Below are positions 18,196 to 28,888 of a stretch of 64,000 bases of DNA, in pieces. The notes beneath the pieces were generated by a model. That model was given only the letters and a program-made list of their open reading frames with translations, did no database searches and was not told where the DNA came from. The number at the start of each line of letters is the position of its first letter. Position 1 is the stretch's first letter. This stretch comes from Candidatus Brocadiia bacterium (GTDB lineage: Bacteria; Planctomycetota; Brocadiia; SM23-32), in assembly GCA_046538485.1 (NCBI GenBank), contig JBKHIT010000022.1, forward strand, positions 1 through 64,000. The letters run 5' to 3'. The position numbers were made by a program, and so were the translations under genes.

Positions 18196-21100
18196 GTGAG
18201 CGGAAAATTCATCAATCGGATCGGCCAGCGCCTGATCATTTTCGACGGCGCCATGGGCACAAATATCCAGGCATTAGACCTGAACCTCGAAGACGATTTC
18301 TGGAACAAGGAAAATTGCACGGAGGTTCTGGTGCTGAGCCGGCCCGATATGGTCCAGCAAATCCACGCGTCTTTCTTCGAAGCCGGATCCGACGCCGGCG
18401 AAACCAATACGTTCGGCGGTATGAAACATGTCCTCGCAGAATTCGGTCTCGAAAATCGTTGCCGCGAATTGAATCGGAAAGCCGTTCAGATTGCGCGCAA
18501 AAGCGCCGACGAATACAGCACTCTCGAAAAACCCCGTTTCGTCGTCGGCGCAATGGGCCCGGGCACCAAACTCATCAGTCTCGGTCAAATAAACTGGGAT
18601 GATCTCTATGACAGTTACCTGGAACAAGCACGAGGGTTGATCGACGGCCACCCCGACGCGATCCTGCTCGAAACCCAGCAGGATGTCCTGTGCATCAAAT
18701 GCGCCCTTAACGCCATCCTTGATGCCATGGAGGAACAGGGAACGCAACCAGCGCTCGAACCCGGTGATGACGGCATTCCGATCATGGTCCAGGTCACCAT
18801 CGAGGAAACCGGAACCATGCTGACAGGCACGGATATCGGCACCGCCGCCGTGGCTCTGCAAAATTTCCCGATCATCTCACTGGGAATGAATTGCGCGACT
18901 GGCCCAGAAGGCATGGCCGAGCATGTGAGGTGGCTGTCCGACCACTGGCCGCGATATATCAGTGTCCTCCCGAATGCCGGCCTGCCCTCCCTCGTCGAAG
19001 GGGAAACGGTCTATCCATTACAACCCGAAGATTTCGCAGAGAAAATGACACAGTTTGTCGCTGATTTCGGTCTCGATATCGTAGGGGGGTGCTGCGGCAC
19101 AAGACCGGAACATCTACGTATGCTTGTGAATGCCCTTGAGGGCCAAGATGTACCTCCACACGAAAAGAAAAGAATGCCGATCGGCTGCACGTCTCTCTTC
19201 TCCACCGTCGCCTATCGCCAGGAATCTTCCCTGCTGAACATCGGCGAACGTTGCAACGCCTCGGGATCCCGACACTTCAAACGACTTCTCGAAGACGACA
19301 ATTGGGACGAAATCGTCTCCCTCGCCCGGGAACAGGTTGCGCAGGGATCTCATGTGCTCGATATCAATGTCGATTACGCCGGACGCGACAACGCCAGCGA
19401 CATGAAAACGATCATCCGAATGATGTCGCGTCAGATCGACACACCGCTGATGCTTGATTCCACCAAACCGGAGACCATTGAGGCCGGTCTCCGATGTGCC
19501 GCCGGAAAATGCCTGATCAACTCGGCCAATCTGGAAAATGGCGAGTCGGATTTCGGCAAGATGTGTCAGCTCGCACGTCGATACAACGCCGGCCTTGTCC
19601 TGGGAACCATCGACGAAGATCCCGAAGAAGCGATGGCCCGCACCGAAGAACGCAAAATCGAAATCGCCCGGCGGATGTTCAAAATCGCCACCGAAAAATA
19701 CGGCCTGGCCAGAGAGGACCTCATATTCGACCCGCTTGTCCTGCCAGTATCCACCGGGATGGAAAAAGACAAACGTTCGGCCCTTGAGACAATTAAAGGC
19801 ACCCGGCGTATTGCCGAGGAGTTCCCGGATTCCCAGATCACTTGCGGTTTAAGCAACGTGAGTTTTGGCCTGAAGCCGGCCGCTCGCCAGGTCCTTAACT
19901 CCGCTTTTCTGCGCGAACTTCAAAAAAACGGCATGACCTCCGCCATCGTCCACGTCTCAAAAATCATCCCCCGCAGCAAAGTCGACGATGAACTCTGGAA
20001 CGCAGCTCTGGATGTCATTTACGCCCGTCAGCCCGAAGAGCCCGTTGGGCTCGCCGACGGATCCGAAACGTTCGACCCATTGCAGATATTCATCGATAAA
20101 TTCCCGGATGAAGGCGGCGAGATATCCGTAAAACAGGATATCAGCCAGCTGCCGTTGGAAGAGCGATTGCAAAAACATATCATCGACGGGGAGAAGAAAA
20201 ATCTTCATGCCACGCTCGATGAAGCCATGGGGGAATATGCTCCCCTCGACATCATAAACAACCATCTCCTCGCGGGGATGAAAATCGTGGGCGAGCTGTT
20301 CGGCTCCGGCCAGATGCAATTGCCATTCGTGCTGCAATCCGCAGAAGTCATGAAAATGGCCTTCGCTTACCTCAACCCCTATATGGAAAAAACAGAGGAC
20401 TCAACAAAAGGTACAATCGTCCTGGCGACCGTCAAAGGCGATGTCCATGATATCGGCAAAAATCTCGTTGACATTATTCTGACGAACAACGGTTATAAAA
20501 CGGTTAATCTCGGCATCAAACAGCCGATCGATGACATTCTTCAGGCATGTGAAAAACACGATGCCAACGCGATCGGTATGAGCGGATTGCTCGTCAAAAG
20601 CGTTAATGTCATGGAAGACAACCTGAAATATCTCGTTCAGCAAGGGATCACGGTGCCCGTCCTGGTGGGCGGAGCCGCTCTGAGCCAGGATTACTGCGAA
20701 AGTTACCTCCGCGAGATTTATGCGCCAGGCGGAGGCAAAATATATTACGGAAAAGATGCTTTCGAAGGGCTCCGTTTGATGGACCACATCGTGGGCGGCA
20801 GAACGGATATACTCGAGCAGGAAATCGCGTCGCGCCTTGAAAATAAACAAAGAGCTAACACATCCAGGGGAACAGAGGAAAAAGAAACGTCTGATAAAAC
20901 AGCCCCTGAGTTCCGCGCCGAACCGATTTCTGAGTCTTCAAAGCCTGGTTTAGTCCCCGAACCGCCCTTCCTCGGCTCGCGAGTTGTTCAAAATGTACCG
21001 CTTGAGGATTTTGTGCCTTACATCAACCGCGTTGCACTCTACAGCCGGCAATGGCAATTCAAAAAGAAAGGCCTGGATCGTGATGAGTATGAGAAACTCA

Positions 21101-21747
21101 TCCGGGAAACTGCCGCCCCCCTGTTCGATTCACTGATCGAACGTTGCCATAAAGAAAACATCCTCCGACCGGCGCTTGTCTACGGATACTACAGGTGTAA
21201 CAGCGATGGCAATGATTTGCTCATTTATGACCCACAAAAGGACGATAAGGTGCTGGAACATTTCCGATTCCCACGACAGACCGAACAGGGGCATCTGTGT
21301 CTTAGCGATTTCTTCCGACCGGCTGAATCGGGCGAAAAAGACATCGTCGCGATGACCTGTGTAACGGTCGGCCAGCACGTTGCCGATACCACCCGCGAAC
21401 TATTTGCCAAAGATGAATACCAGGAGTATCTTTACCTTCATGGTCTGAGCGTGGAATCGGCCGAAGGCCTTGCTGAATACTGGCATAAACGGATTCGAGA
21501 AGAACTAAATATCGCGGATAGGGACGCCGACGATCCGCAGAAACTGCTCAGGGGAAAGTACCGCGGCGCCCGCTACAGTTTCGGTTATCCGGCCTGCCCT
21601 GACCTTTCTGACGAAGCGAAACTTTTCGGGCTCATGCAGCCCGAACGTATTGGCTGCACGCTAAACGAGAACTATCAAATTGAGCCGGAACAGTCCACGA
21701 GCGCCATCATTGCCCATCACCCGGATGCAAAATATTTTAAAGTGTAA
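18196..21747 (+). CDS. metH: Cobalamin-dependent methionine synthase
   Basis: DGAMGT, GMNCATGP, GGCCGT, IGERCN, DVHDIGKN B12 motif and C-terminal RYSFGYPACP activation domain. Confidence 0.98.
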   Translation: MSGKFINRIGQRLIIFDGAMGTNIQALDLNLEDDFWNKENCTEVLVLSRPDMVQQIHASFFEAGSDAGETNTFGGMKHVLAEFGLENRCRELNRKAVQIARKSADEYSTLEKPRFVVGAMGPGTKLISLGQINWDDLYDSYLEQARGLIDGHPDAILLETQQDVLCIKCALNAILDAMEEQGTQPALEPGDDGIPIMVQVTIEETGTMLTGTDIGTAAVALQNFPIISLGMNCATGPEGMAEHVRWLSDHWPRYISVLPNAGLPSLVEGETVYPLQPEDFAEKMTQFVADFGLDIVGGCCGTRPEHLRMLVNALEGQDVPPHEKKRMPIGCTSLFSTVAYRQESSLLNIGERCNASGSRHFKRLLEDDNWDEIVSLAREQVAQGSHVLDINVDYAGRDNASDMKTIIRMMSRQIDTPLMLDSTKPETIEAGLRCAAGKCLINSANLENGESDFGKMCQLARRYNAGLVLGTIDEDPEEAMARTEERKIEIARRMFKIATEKYGLAREDLIFDPLVLPVSTGMEKDKRSALETIKGTRRIAEEFPDSQITCGLSNVSFGLKPAARQVLNSAFLRELQKNGMTSAIVHVSKIIPRSKVDDELWNAALDVIYARQPEEPVGLADGSETFDPLQIFIDKFPDEGGEISVKQDISQLPLEERLQKHIIDGEKKNLHATLDEAMGEYAPLDIINNHLLAGMKIVGELFGSGQMQLPFVLQSAEVMKMAFAYLNPYMEKTEDSTKGTIVLATVKGDVHDIGKNLVDIILTNNGYKTVNLGIKQPIDDILQACEKHDANAIGMSGLLVKSVNVMEDNLKYLVQQGITVPVLVGGAALSQDYCESYLREIYAPGGGKIYYGKDAFEGLRLMDHIVGGRTDILEQEIASRLENKQRANTSRGTEEKETSDKTAPEFRAEPISESSKPGLVPEPPFLGSRVVQNVPLEDFVPYINRVALYSRQWQFKKKGLDRDEYEKLIRETAAPLFDSLIERCHKENILRPALVYGYYRCNSDGNDLLIYDPQKDDKVLEHFRFPRQTEQGHLCLSDFFRPAESGEKDIVAMTCVTVGQHVADTTRELFAKDEYQEYLYLHGLSVESAEGLAEYWHKRIREELNIADRDADDPQKLLRGKYRGARYSFGYPACPDLSDEAKLFGLMQPERIGCTLNENYQIEPEQSTSAIIAHHPDAKYFKV

Positions 21748-21766
21748 TCAGTGGCACGAGAAAATC

Positions 21767-22639
21767 TCACGATTCTTCGTTTAAGCCATAAGCATCGGGC
21801 TCCGGCGGGCGAGAAAGGCTGTGTGTCAGCAGCCATGCGCCCACCAAAACCACCGGAATCGTGAGCAGCTGGCCCTTGCTCATCCAGCCAAAATAAAGGA
21901 TTCCATCCGCGGGTGCGCGCCAGAATTCATCGATAAAACGGGCCAGGGAATAGACACAAAGCACTACCCCGAGCGTTAGCCCGGGCCGTCGGTGGCGACG
22001 ATGTACGATCAGTGCCACGGTCAACACCAGCACGCCTTCAAGCGCGGCCGCGTAGAGCTGGCTGGGGTGGCGCGGAACCATTTCCCCGTCCACCAGCGGC
22101 GCCCGGGGAAAGATGACCGCCCACGGAACTTTGGTCGGACGTCCCCACAGTTCCCCATTAATAAAATTCGCGATACGACCGGCAATCACTCCGATCGCTG
22201 CGACGGCCCCCACAGCATCTACCAGAACCAGGGGTTTCCTCGCCCGGGATCGGGCAAACCATACACACGCCACAGCCAAACCAACCATCCCCCCATGGCT
22301 GGACATCCCACCATGCCAGACTTTAAACACAAAAAGCGGATTGGTAAAAGTCATATGGGGAGCGTAGAAGAAACAGAAACCCAGCCGCCCGCCGATCATG
22401 ATCCCCAGGAAAAGACTTATAGCAAAATCGGTCAGCTCGTTCTTCTTCAGAGGCAGGCGGTCGGCGCGGCGCCATCGGTCCAGCAGCCAGACACCCAGTA
22501 TCAATCCCAGCAGGTAAGCCACACCGTACCACCGAACGCCAAATCGTCCAAAAATCCGCACGATGTATGGATCCAGATCATGAACCCACCAATCGAGAAT
22601 CAGAGCTATGCAATTTCCTGAAAGCCCGGATTTTTGCAC
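21767..22639 (-). CDS. lgt: Prolipoprotein diacylglyceryl transferase
   Basis: VRWYG, GGRLG, GGMSSHGG, GRIANFINGELWGR and RHPSQLY motifs. Exact start uncertain. Confidence 0.95.
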   Translation of the reverse strand: MQKSGLSGNCIALILDWWVHDLDPYIVRIFGRFGVRWYGVAYLLGLILGVWLLDRWRRADRLPLKKNELTDFAISLFLGIMIGGRLGFCFFYAPHMTFTNPLFVFKVWHGGMSSHGGMVGLAVACVWFARSRARKPLVLVDAVGAVAAIGVIAGRIANFINGELWGRPTKVPWAVIFPRAPLVDGEMVPRHPSQLYAAALEGVLVLTVALIVHRRHRRPGLTLGVVLCVYSLARFIDEFWRAPADGILYFGWMSKGQLLTIPVVLVGAWLLTHSLSRPPEPDAYGLNEES

Positions 22640-22709
22640 GAAGATTTCACCGTTCGATTATACGTTGAGAACATGCGCCATTGAACCCGGGCGCGCCCCC
22701 CGGGGCAGG

Positions 22710-23537
22710 CTATCTTTTCTTAATCGCCAACAGCAGGGCCGGCAGATGTTTGTCCAGATACTCGTTGGGATTGGAAGCCGGCGCCTTCTTCTTATCCAGC
22801 TCGTAGGTGATCATTTTTAATCCCAGCTTCGGACCGACGTAACTTCCCATCGAGCCGGGATGGGCCGGCAGATCTTTGAAAGGCAAAGGGCTCACCGCCA
22901 CCATCTCATGGGCCAGAAGCGTCGAAGCCTCCCCACCGTCAGGGTCTATGCAATTCAAAGGCGCATGAACGGATACGACGGTGGACGGCCCGTACTGCCC
23001 GATCACGCCGACCAGAGCGAGTGTTTCTGGCTCACTGAGAGGTTCCTTGCCGTGGCGTCTAGACGCTTTGAAGTTGGGCGTCAGAAAATTGCGGTTCAGA
23101 TCAATGCCGCGTGCGTTATGACGTGTGCCTGCCGCCAATCCATCGGGGTTAGCGCGGGGGATGAGCACAACCGTCTTCCCGGCACAATCCTCGCGGTGTT
23201 CTTTTAGATGCTCGCAAAGCCGGTCCACCAGCTGTGTGCTGGAGGGTTCACTCCCGTGAATCCCACCGAGAATCAGCACGCAACGGGAGTCCTTCGGGCC
23301 GGGAAAAACCGTCGCCTTGATAAGACGGTGCTGAACAGACAGACCCAGTTCCGCTTCGTGAATGGGACCGGGTTCTGAGACTTCCGTCGTAGCACTGAGG
23401 GGGACGTTTCCCATCTCACCAGGACTCTTTTCCGCCGTGTCATCACGAGACGGCGTGGAAGTGCATCCCGCGAAACATACGGCCAGAACGGCTCCAATAA
23501 CGAGTAAGACGCTTCGATCAAACAGGATATTTTTCAT
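22710..23537 (-). CDS. M14 zinc carboxypeptidase lipoprotein (MpaA-like murein peptide amidase)
   Basis: Lipobox FAGC; GGIHGSE, NPDG, NARGIDLNRNF, EPET and SVH motifs. Confidence 0.85.
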   Translation of the reverse strand: MKNILFDRSVLLVIGAVLAVCFAGCTSTPSRDDTAEKSPGEMGNVPLSATTEVSEPGPIHEAELGLSVQHRLIKATVFPGPKDSRCVLILGGIHGSEPSSTQLVDRLCEHLKEHREDCAGKTVVLIPRANPDGLAAGTRHNARGIDLNRNFLTPNFKASRRHGKEPLSEPETLALVGVIGQYGPSTVVSVHAPLNCIDPDGGEASTLLAHEMVAVSPLPFKDLPAHPGSMGSYVGPKLGLKMITYELDKKKAPASNPNEYLDKHLPALLLAIKKR

Positions 23538-23821
23538 CAGCGTATTTTTCTCCCTGAAGAATAATCGTTACATACAGGGATCCACAAAGAATGGCACCAC
23601 GGGGCAAATCTAATCCATATTTTGCAGAGCAGATAGAACCAGGCGTTTCGTCATTGTGAGCCACAACTTCCGAGGAATTCTGCACGACCTTCTTGCAGCA
23701 AGTCAGCAGTATATCCCTGCCAATGCTATTATATGCAGAACTTAAGGCCTTTTCCCAGCTGTAATTTGTGCCACGCCGCCGTCTATCTTAATTCCCCCCC
23801 GTGGATAGCCGGCAATACGAG

Positions 23822-24310
23822 TCATCCTTTGACCTTCTGACCGAATAACCGCCCAAACGTCCGGCTGAGAGGCGTCCGCACGTGCGCGGGCAGTTCAAAG
23901 TGCTCCTTTGAAAAGGTCAGGAAAATCCACCTGTGCTCCCAGAAATTCACCACCGCAAAAATGTCCCAGAGAGGCGGGATAACAACTGTCACCTCCTCGC
24001 CCACGCGTTGCAGTTCGTCATAAAAACGGTCCGGTTCATTTACATGTTCCATCGTATGGGAACACAATACCGTCTCGAACTCGCCGTCCTCGAAAGGCAG
24101 ATTGTAAATATCGTCCACTTTCACAAAATTGGGCATATCGACGTGCTTGATAATGTCCGCGTTGACACCCCCGCCATCCGTCTTTCCACAACAGATGTTC
24201 AGATCCCAGTCCTGCCGCCTCACTATCCGGCCTTTCAGAATCCGGTAGCTGAGAATATTAAGCAGCTCAAAAACCATTACCAATAAAGCTATCAGACCCA
24301 ATATTTCCAA
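23822..24310 (-). CDS. Small class I SAM-dependent methyltransferase-like protein with N-terminal TM
   Basis: LNICCG and LPFEDGEFETVLCSHTMEHV motifs. Confidence 0.75.
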   Translation of the reverse strand: MEILGLIALLVMVFELLNILSYRILKGRIVRRQDWDLNICCGKTDGGGVNADIIKHVDMPNFVKVDDIYNLPFEDGEFETVLCSHTMEHVNEPDRFYDELQRVGEEVTVVIPPLWDIFAVVNFWEHRWIFLTFSKEHFELPAHVRTPLSRTFGRLFGQKVKG

Positions 24311-24493
24311 TTGAACTCCTTCCCGCCTCTCTTCAGAAACCTCGGCATGCTCGACACCTTTTTCCCTTCAACTTCTCCCCACATCCTACTGCTCAGAGCC
24401 CGCGCACGCAAAAAATGCCAGGGCTTCAACTCTCAACTATCTCTGGGCCCGAAAAGTGGGCGGTCAGTCTTCGGCGTACGAACACGTCAGGGA

Positions 24494-25402
24494 TTAGAAT
24501 CCGAACCACAATCTCTGGTACTCTTCCGAACTGGTATTTGCCTGCCACCTGATCGGTGCCGTTCCAGGATTGTCAACGACCTGGTGACTGTCCAAACGCC
24601 AGTTTTCCGCATGCCCATCGAAAAACAGAATATTGATAGACTCTCGCCCGCCGTGCCGCGCATGGGGATAAGGGGGTAATTTGCCTCCCGCCGGATCCCC
24701 GCACCAGCTGAGAGTTGACTCGTCCCATCCGGAAGCCCAATTGTATTCAGCGACATAGTTGGCCGTCCACTCCGGTGCGTTGCTATCTGCCACAAAAAGT
24801 GCATCAGCGGGGTGTTTAATCAAAGCTGGATTGACCGGATTTGCGTAACACTCCGGCCAGGGGTGTGATGGCTCAGGATCTGTCCCGTCAGGCAAAGTAT
24901 CCCACTGGCCCATATTCAGCCCGCCCGAACCTCTACCATGCAGGTACAGGTTGATCCCATATTCCATCGCGTTGTGCGAATACTGTCCGCAATACTTATT
25001 GGCCGGTGTTGAAACAAAACCTGTGGCGTCGTGGGAAATACAATCGAAAATTCCCGGGGTCACATACCCGGGATCAACCATAAAATCCGCCCAGCACTTG
25101 GGAAAATCGCTCGCCGATGTGCCGACCGTTCGCATATCATAAGCATATTCCAGGAAACTACTTCCAGCGCCCATGTCGTAGTGGCGGGCCGGCATAATCA
25201 GCCCCATGTTGTCATTCTTATACATCTCATTCGCCAGCCCCATCTGTTTCTCATTTGAGAGACAAGCAGCCATTCTGGCGGCTTCGCGTGCTGATTCCAA
25301 AGCCGGCATCAGCATCGCCGCCAGAACGGCAATGATCGCGATGACAACCAAAAGCTCGATCAGAGTGAACCCAGGCCCTGTATGCCTTTTTCCTTCTTCC
25401 AT
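24494..25402 (-). CDS. Prepilin-type N-terminal methylation / DUF1559-like protein with H-X9-DG motif
   Basis: [31 protein letters not shown]...C.SN.KQ and C-terminal [18 protein letters not shown]. Confidence 0.92.
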   Translation of the reverse strand: MEEGKRHTGPGFTLIELLVVIAIIAVLAAMLMPALESAREAARMAACLSNEKQMGLANEMYKNDNMGLIMPARHYDMGAGSSFLEYAYDMRTVGTSASDFPKCWADFMVDPGYVTPGIFDCISHDATGFVSTPANKYCGQYSHNAMEYGINLYLHGRGSGGLNMGQWDTLPDGTDPEPSHPWPECYANPVNPALIKHPADALFVADSNAPEWTANYVAEYNWASGWDESTLSWCGDPAGGKLPPYPHARHGGRESINILFFDGHAENWRLDSHQVVDNPGTAPIRWQANTSSEEYQRLWFGF

Positions 25403-25707
25403 ATTAAACCCTCCCGCAAAATCTCGATTTCTTCTCTGATATATTCTCATTAGACCATATTGACAACATTTTACAGACCAGATACAGAACACCAAATCAA
25501 TGCATATATTCTACCCTGCGGGATAAGCTTATCAAAGAATTCTCTCTGAGTACGAACCGTTTGGCACACCAGGGGTTTCCCCGTCGGCACATGGATCACA
25601 GGAGAATACTATTGGCCTGAACGTCTTCCAATTTGTGAACAAAACCTTATAATAATTATCGCCTTACATTCAGAAACTGTCCGGGCTAAATACCGAAACC
25701 GTTACGT

Positions 25708-25752
25708 TTGACAACCACCCCTCGTGTGCTACCATAATGCAATTCGTAATAC
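25708..25752 (+). promoter_or_regulatory. Sigma70-like promoter overlapped by a NikR-like box
   Basis: TTGACA(25708-13)-16 nt-TACCAT with extended TG; GTGCTAC-N13-GTAATAC at 25726-25752. Confidence 0.6.
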
Positions 25753-25792
25753 TACTGGATTGTAATACCTCAGCTTCTGTTTAGAGCAGCAA

Positions 25793-25883
25793 GGTTGTGG
25801 CATCGTTCGCCGTGCAGCGGAACGCCTCGCAATGACGTTTTAAGAGTCTTCCGTGTCATTAAGAGCAAAGCGAAGCAATCTCG
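25793..25883. repeat. Degenerate palindromic REP-like element (CTCGCAATGAC / GTCATT..GAG..AAGCGAAGCAATCTC type)
   Basis: cctcgcaatgacg followed by gtcattaagagcaaagcgaagcaatctc in intergenic DNA. Confidence 0.55.
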
Positions 25884-26159
25884 TCGTTACGCCATAATCG
25901 GCAAATTCAATTTTTATACTGCACTCCACCTATTTTCCAACGGTTCGACACCCCGTTGAACAGGAGAATGACTTTTGTCCCCCGAAACCGACGCCCAGCC
26001 ACATTCCGAGCATCCAAGAGCGCGTGATGGAAACACGGGCCCGCCTGCAAAAAGGACAACCGACCTGCCTCTCATGCTGCGAAGCAAAACACTATCTGGT
26101 CGATGGTTCCGGAATTCACATTTCGGATCTGTAATTTTCAAACAGCGAAGGAAATGTAA

Positions 26160-27245
26160 ATGAAATACCTGAAAAAAGCGCTAATTCTGGCGTTCGTGCT
26201 GGTTCTGTGCTCTTGCAATGTCCCCTCCAGGTCCGGAAGCCCCACAAAAAACGACCCGCTGCTGTCGCCCTGGCAAAACAACGCGGCGATGGCCCTTTCC
26301 CGGGCCATGACGGATCTCAATGCCCGCCGCGGAGACTCTGATCTGCTGACCATCACCAATGCCGGGTACGCCTGCCTGGACGGGGAAAGCACGCTTTCCC
26401 TCGCCGATATCGTGCGCAATGAGACAGGATGCACGGTCGGACAACGCTCGCTGCTGTTCGTTCACGCCCCAGAATCCGCTCCGCTGTGGTTCGCCCTCTA
26501 CCGTCGTGATACGCACGAGGCAGTATTTTCAAAATGGGCAGACGGCAAGTTTCAGCACCAGGCATTGGGCCTCAATCCAGACCACATTCTCACTCCGGAT
26601 GGATGGGAAACGGCCGGCGAAGGCGTTGTTTCCGGCAACCTCTTCCAGGTCGTCTCTTTCTGTCTGGTATGGTCTGCTGAACCGCGGACTGGGCTGCTGA
26701 AAAGCGCCGAACTCCACAATCACATCTGTCCGGGCGTCAATGCCGGATACGCGCTGGCACAATACATTAAAAAACGGCTCCCCCTGCGCGATGGCGAAAA
26801 ATATGTCCTTGTCAGCGCCCCGCCAGCCTGCCCCGTTGATGGTTTGCAAACCGCCCTCGACTGCACGGCCGGGAAAAAAGCGATGTTCACCATGAAGACC
26901 AGCCACAAAGTTCTGGGACAACATGAATACAAGAAACTCAAGCCGTCTGTCATTGTCCTTCGTATTAATTCCGCCGCCGATAGCTGCGAAGGCTCTGTCC
27001 TGGCGTTTGATTTCGAGAAGGCCTGCAACGATCTCGGCGTCAGTCGCTCCAATCTCTCCCCGCCGGGGGGCCACGACAATCCTCTTTTCTACATCTCCCG
27101 GATCCGCATCGCGCGGAAGATGGCAGGCATGAAGACGGAACAAAAGATGGGATGGATCAAGGTGCTGAAGACGTTTTCCGGCAAAGCCGAGTTAGCCGAT
27201 AAGCTGGCCGGTGCATCGTTCGATCCGTATGCGGATCTACCGTGA
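26160..27245 (+). CDS. FmdE-family lipoprotein
   Basis: Lipobox LCSC; TNAGY, TGCTVG, ELHNHICPGVNAGY and C..DGLQ..LDCTAGKK motifs. Confidence 0.8.
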   Translation: MKYLKKALILAFVLVLCSCNVPSRSGSPTKNDPLLSPWQNNAAMALSRAMTDLNARRGDSDLLTITNAGYACLDGESTLSLADIVRNETGCTVGQRSLLFVHAPESAPLWFALYRRDTHEAVFSKWADGKFQHQALGLNPDHILTPDGWETAGEGVVSGNLFQVVSFCLVWSAEPRTGLLKSAELHNHICPGVNAGYALAQYIKKRLPLRDGEKYVLVSAPPACPVDGLQTALDCTAGKKAMFTMKTSHKVLGQHEYKKLKPSVIVLRINSAADSCEGSVLAFDFEKACNDLGVSRSNLSPPGGHDNPLFYISRIRIARKMAGMKTEQKMGWIKVLKTFSGKAELADKLAGASFDPYADLP

Positions 27246-28888
27246 ATAAATCGAAAGTGCCATTTCAAATGCCCTCAAAAAATGCTCGCCCCCTGCTGAA
27301 AATCGTCCTCGGCCTCTTTGTGGCAGCCGGTCTTCTGAGCGCCTCCCTGTCCTGCCAACGCAACGGGAATGGAACCAACGGGCAGGAATCGACCACAACA
27401 TACACGATTGCGGACGCAACGGGTGATTGGGGCTATCCAACCCCCTACGGGATGTATCCGCGCGGCCCGGGATACATCCGCATGAGTTTCATTTTCGACA
27501 CGCTTATCTGGAAGAATAAGGACGGCGAACTCACGGGCGCGTTGGCGGAAAAATGGAGCTATGACGAAAAACAAAAAACCTACACTTTCTCCCTGCGAAA
27601 AGATCTCAAATGGCACGACGGCCATCCTCTGACGGCGCGGGATGTCGTTTTTACGTTCCAGTACATGCAGAATCATCCGTGGCCATGGATGAAATCGGGT
27701 CTTATCCGCGATGTCAGGACAACGGACGATTCCACCGTTGAGATTGTGCTCACAAATCCGTACGCGCCTTTCCCCACCAACATTGCCGGGACCGTTCCGA
27801 TTCTGCCCGAACACATCTGGAAAACCGTTGAAGATCCGAAAAAATTCCGCGGCGAAAAAGCGGTCATCGGAAGCGGGCCATACCGTCTGTCAGACTACAG
27901 TCCGTCGCACGGCACTTATCTGTATCTGGCGTGGGACGATTATTACCTGGGAAAACCGAAGTTCGACCGCATCCAATTTGTAAAATACAGTGAGGAAATC
28001 ACTCCGACCGCACTGAGAACGGGGAAAGTCGACGCGGGCGGCGTACCGCCTGAAACCGTGAACGACCTCAAAAAAGACGGCGTCACCGTGGCGAGTCAAC
28101 CGCCGGTCTGGGCAGCAAAATTGATGTTCAATCGCAAAAAGGCCCCCTTCTCCCACGCAAAATTCCGCCGTGCGGTTGCGTACGCCATCGATCGGAAGAG
28201 ATTGACCAAAATCGTGCGCCGGGGACACGGCATCCCCGGCAGCCCTGGTCTGCTCCCTCCCAGCAACGAATTCTGGCACAATCCCGACACTCCCAAATAC
28301 GAATACGATCCGCCGCAGGCCCAGAAATTGTTACGGCAACTGGGTTATGAACGCGGCGAGAACCAATTTTTCCGGAAAGATGGAAACGTTCTTCAGGTAG
28401 AACTCCTCGTCGCGCCCGGCCGCCAGGAATTCGGCCGAACCGCCGAAGTCATGAAACGTCAACTGGAATCCGTGGGAATCCGGGTTGAAATACGGGGTAT
28501 GGAAGCGAAAACGCTCGATGCTATGCTGAAACAATGGCATTTCGAAATTGCCCTGAGCGGCCACGGCGGACTCGGAGGCGATCCCGAAATACTCAATAAA
28601 ATGACCCTCGGAACGAGTTTCAACAGCGCCCGATACCGGCAGAATAAACGGCTTGTGGAAAAACTGCAAGAACAACTCCGTCAGGTCGATCGCACAAAAC
28701 GACAGAAACTGGTCTATGACATTCAAAAGCTTTACGCCCGCGATTTGCCCGCCCTCACCCTCTATCACCCGACCTGGTACTGGGCGCACAATGAAAAAAC
28801 GAACATCGCATATACGCCCGGCGGGCTGGCTGCTGGGATCCCAATTCCCCTCAATAAAATATTTTTTGTCTCAGACCGGGAAAAATGA
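27242..28888 (+). CDS. ABC transporter substrate-binding protein, family 5 (NikA/DppA-like)
   Basis: GDWGYPTPY, IFDTL, LAEKWS, LKWHDGHPLTARDVVFT, IGSGPY and FRRAVAYAIDR motifs. Confidence 0.93.
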   Translation: MNKSKVPFQMPSKNARPLLKIVLGLFVAAGLLSASLSCQRNGNGTNGQESTTTYTIADATGDWGYPTPYGMYPRGPGYIRMSFIFDTLIWKNKDGELTGALAEKWSYDEKQKTYTFSLRKDLKWHDGHPLTARDVVFTFQYMQNHPWPWMKSGLIRDVRTTDDSTVEIVLTNPYAPFPTNIAGTVPILPEHIWKTVEDPKKFRGEKAVIGSGPYRLSDYSPSHGTYLYLAWDDYYLGKPKFDRIQFVKYSEEITPTALRTGKVDAGGVPPETVNDLKKDGVTVASQPPVWAAKLMFNRKKAPFSHAKFRRAVAYAIDRKRLTKIVRRGHGIPGSPGLLPPSNEFWHNPDTPKYEYDPPQAQKLLRQLGYERGENQFFRKDGNVLQVELLVAPGRQEFGRTAEVMKRQLESVGIRVEIRGMEAKTLDAMLKQWHFEIALSGHGGLGGDPEILNKMTLGTSFNSARYRQNKRLVEKLQEQLRQVDRTKRQKLVYDIQKLYARDLPALTLYHPTWYWAHNEKTNIAYTPGGLAAGIPIPLNKIFFVSDREK

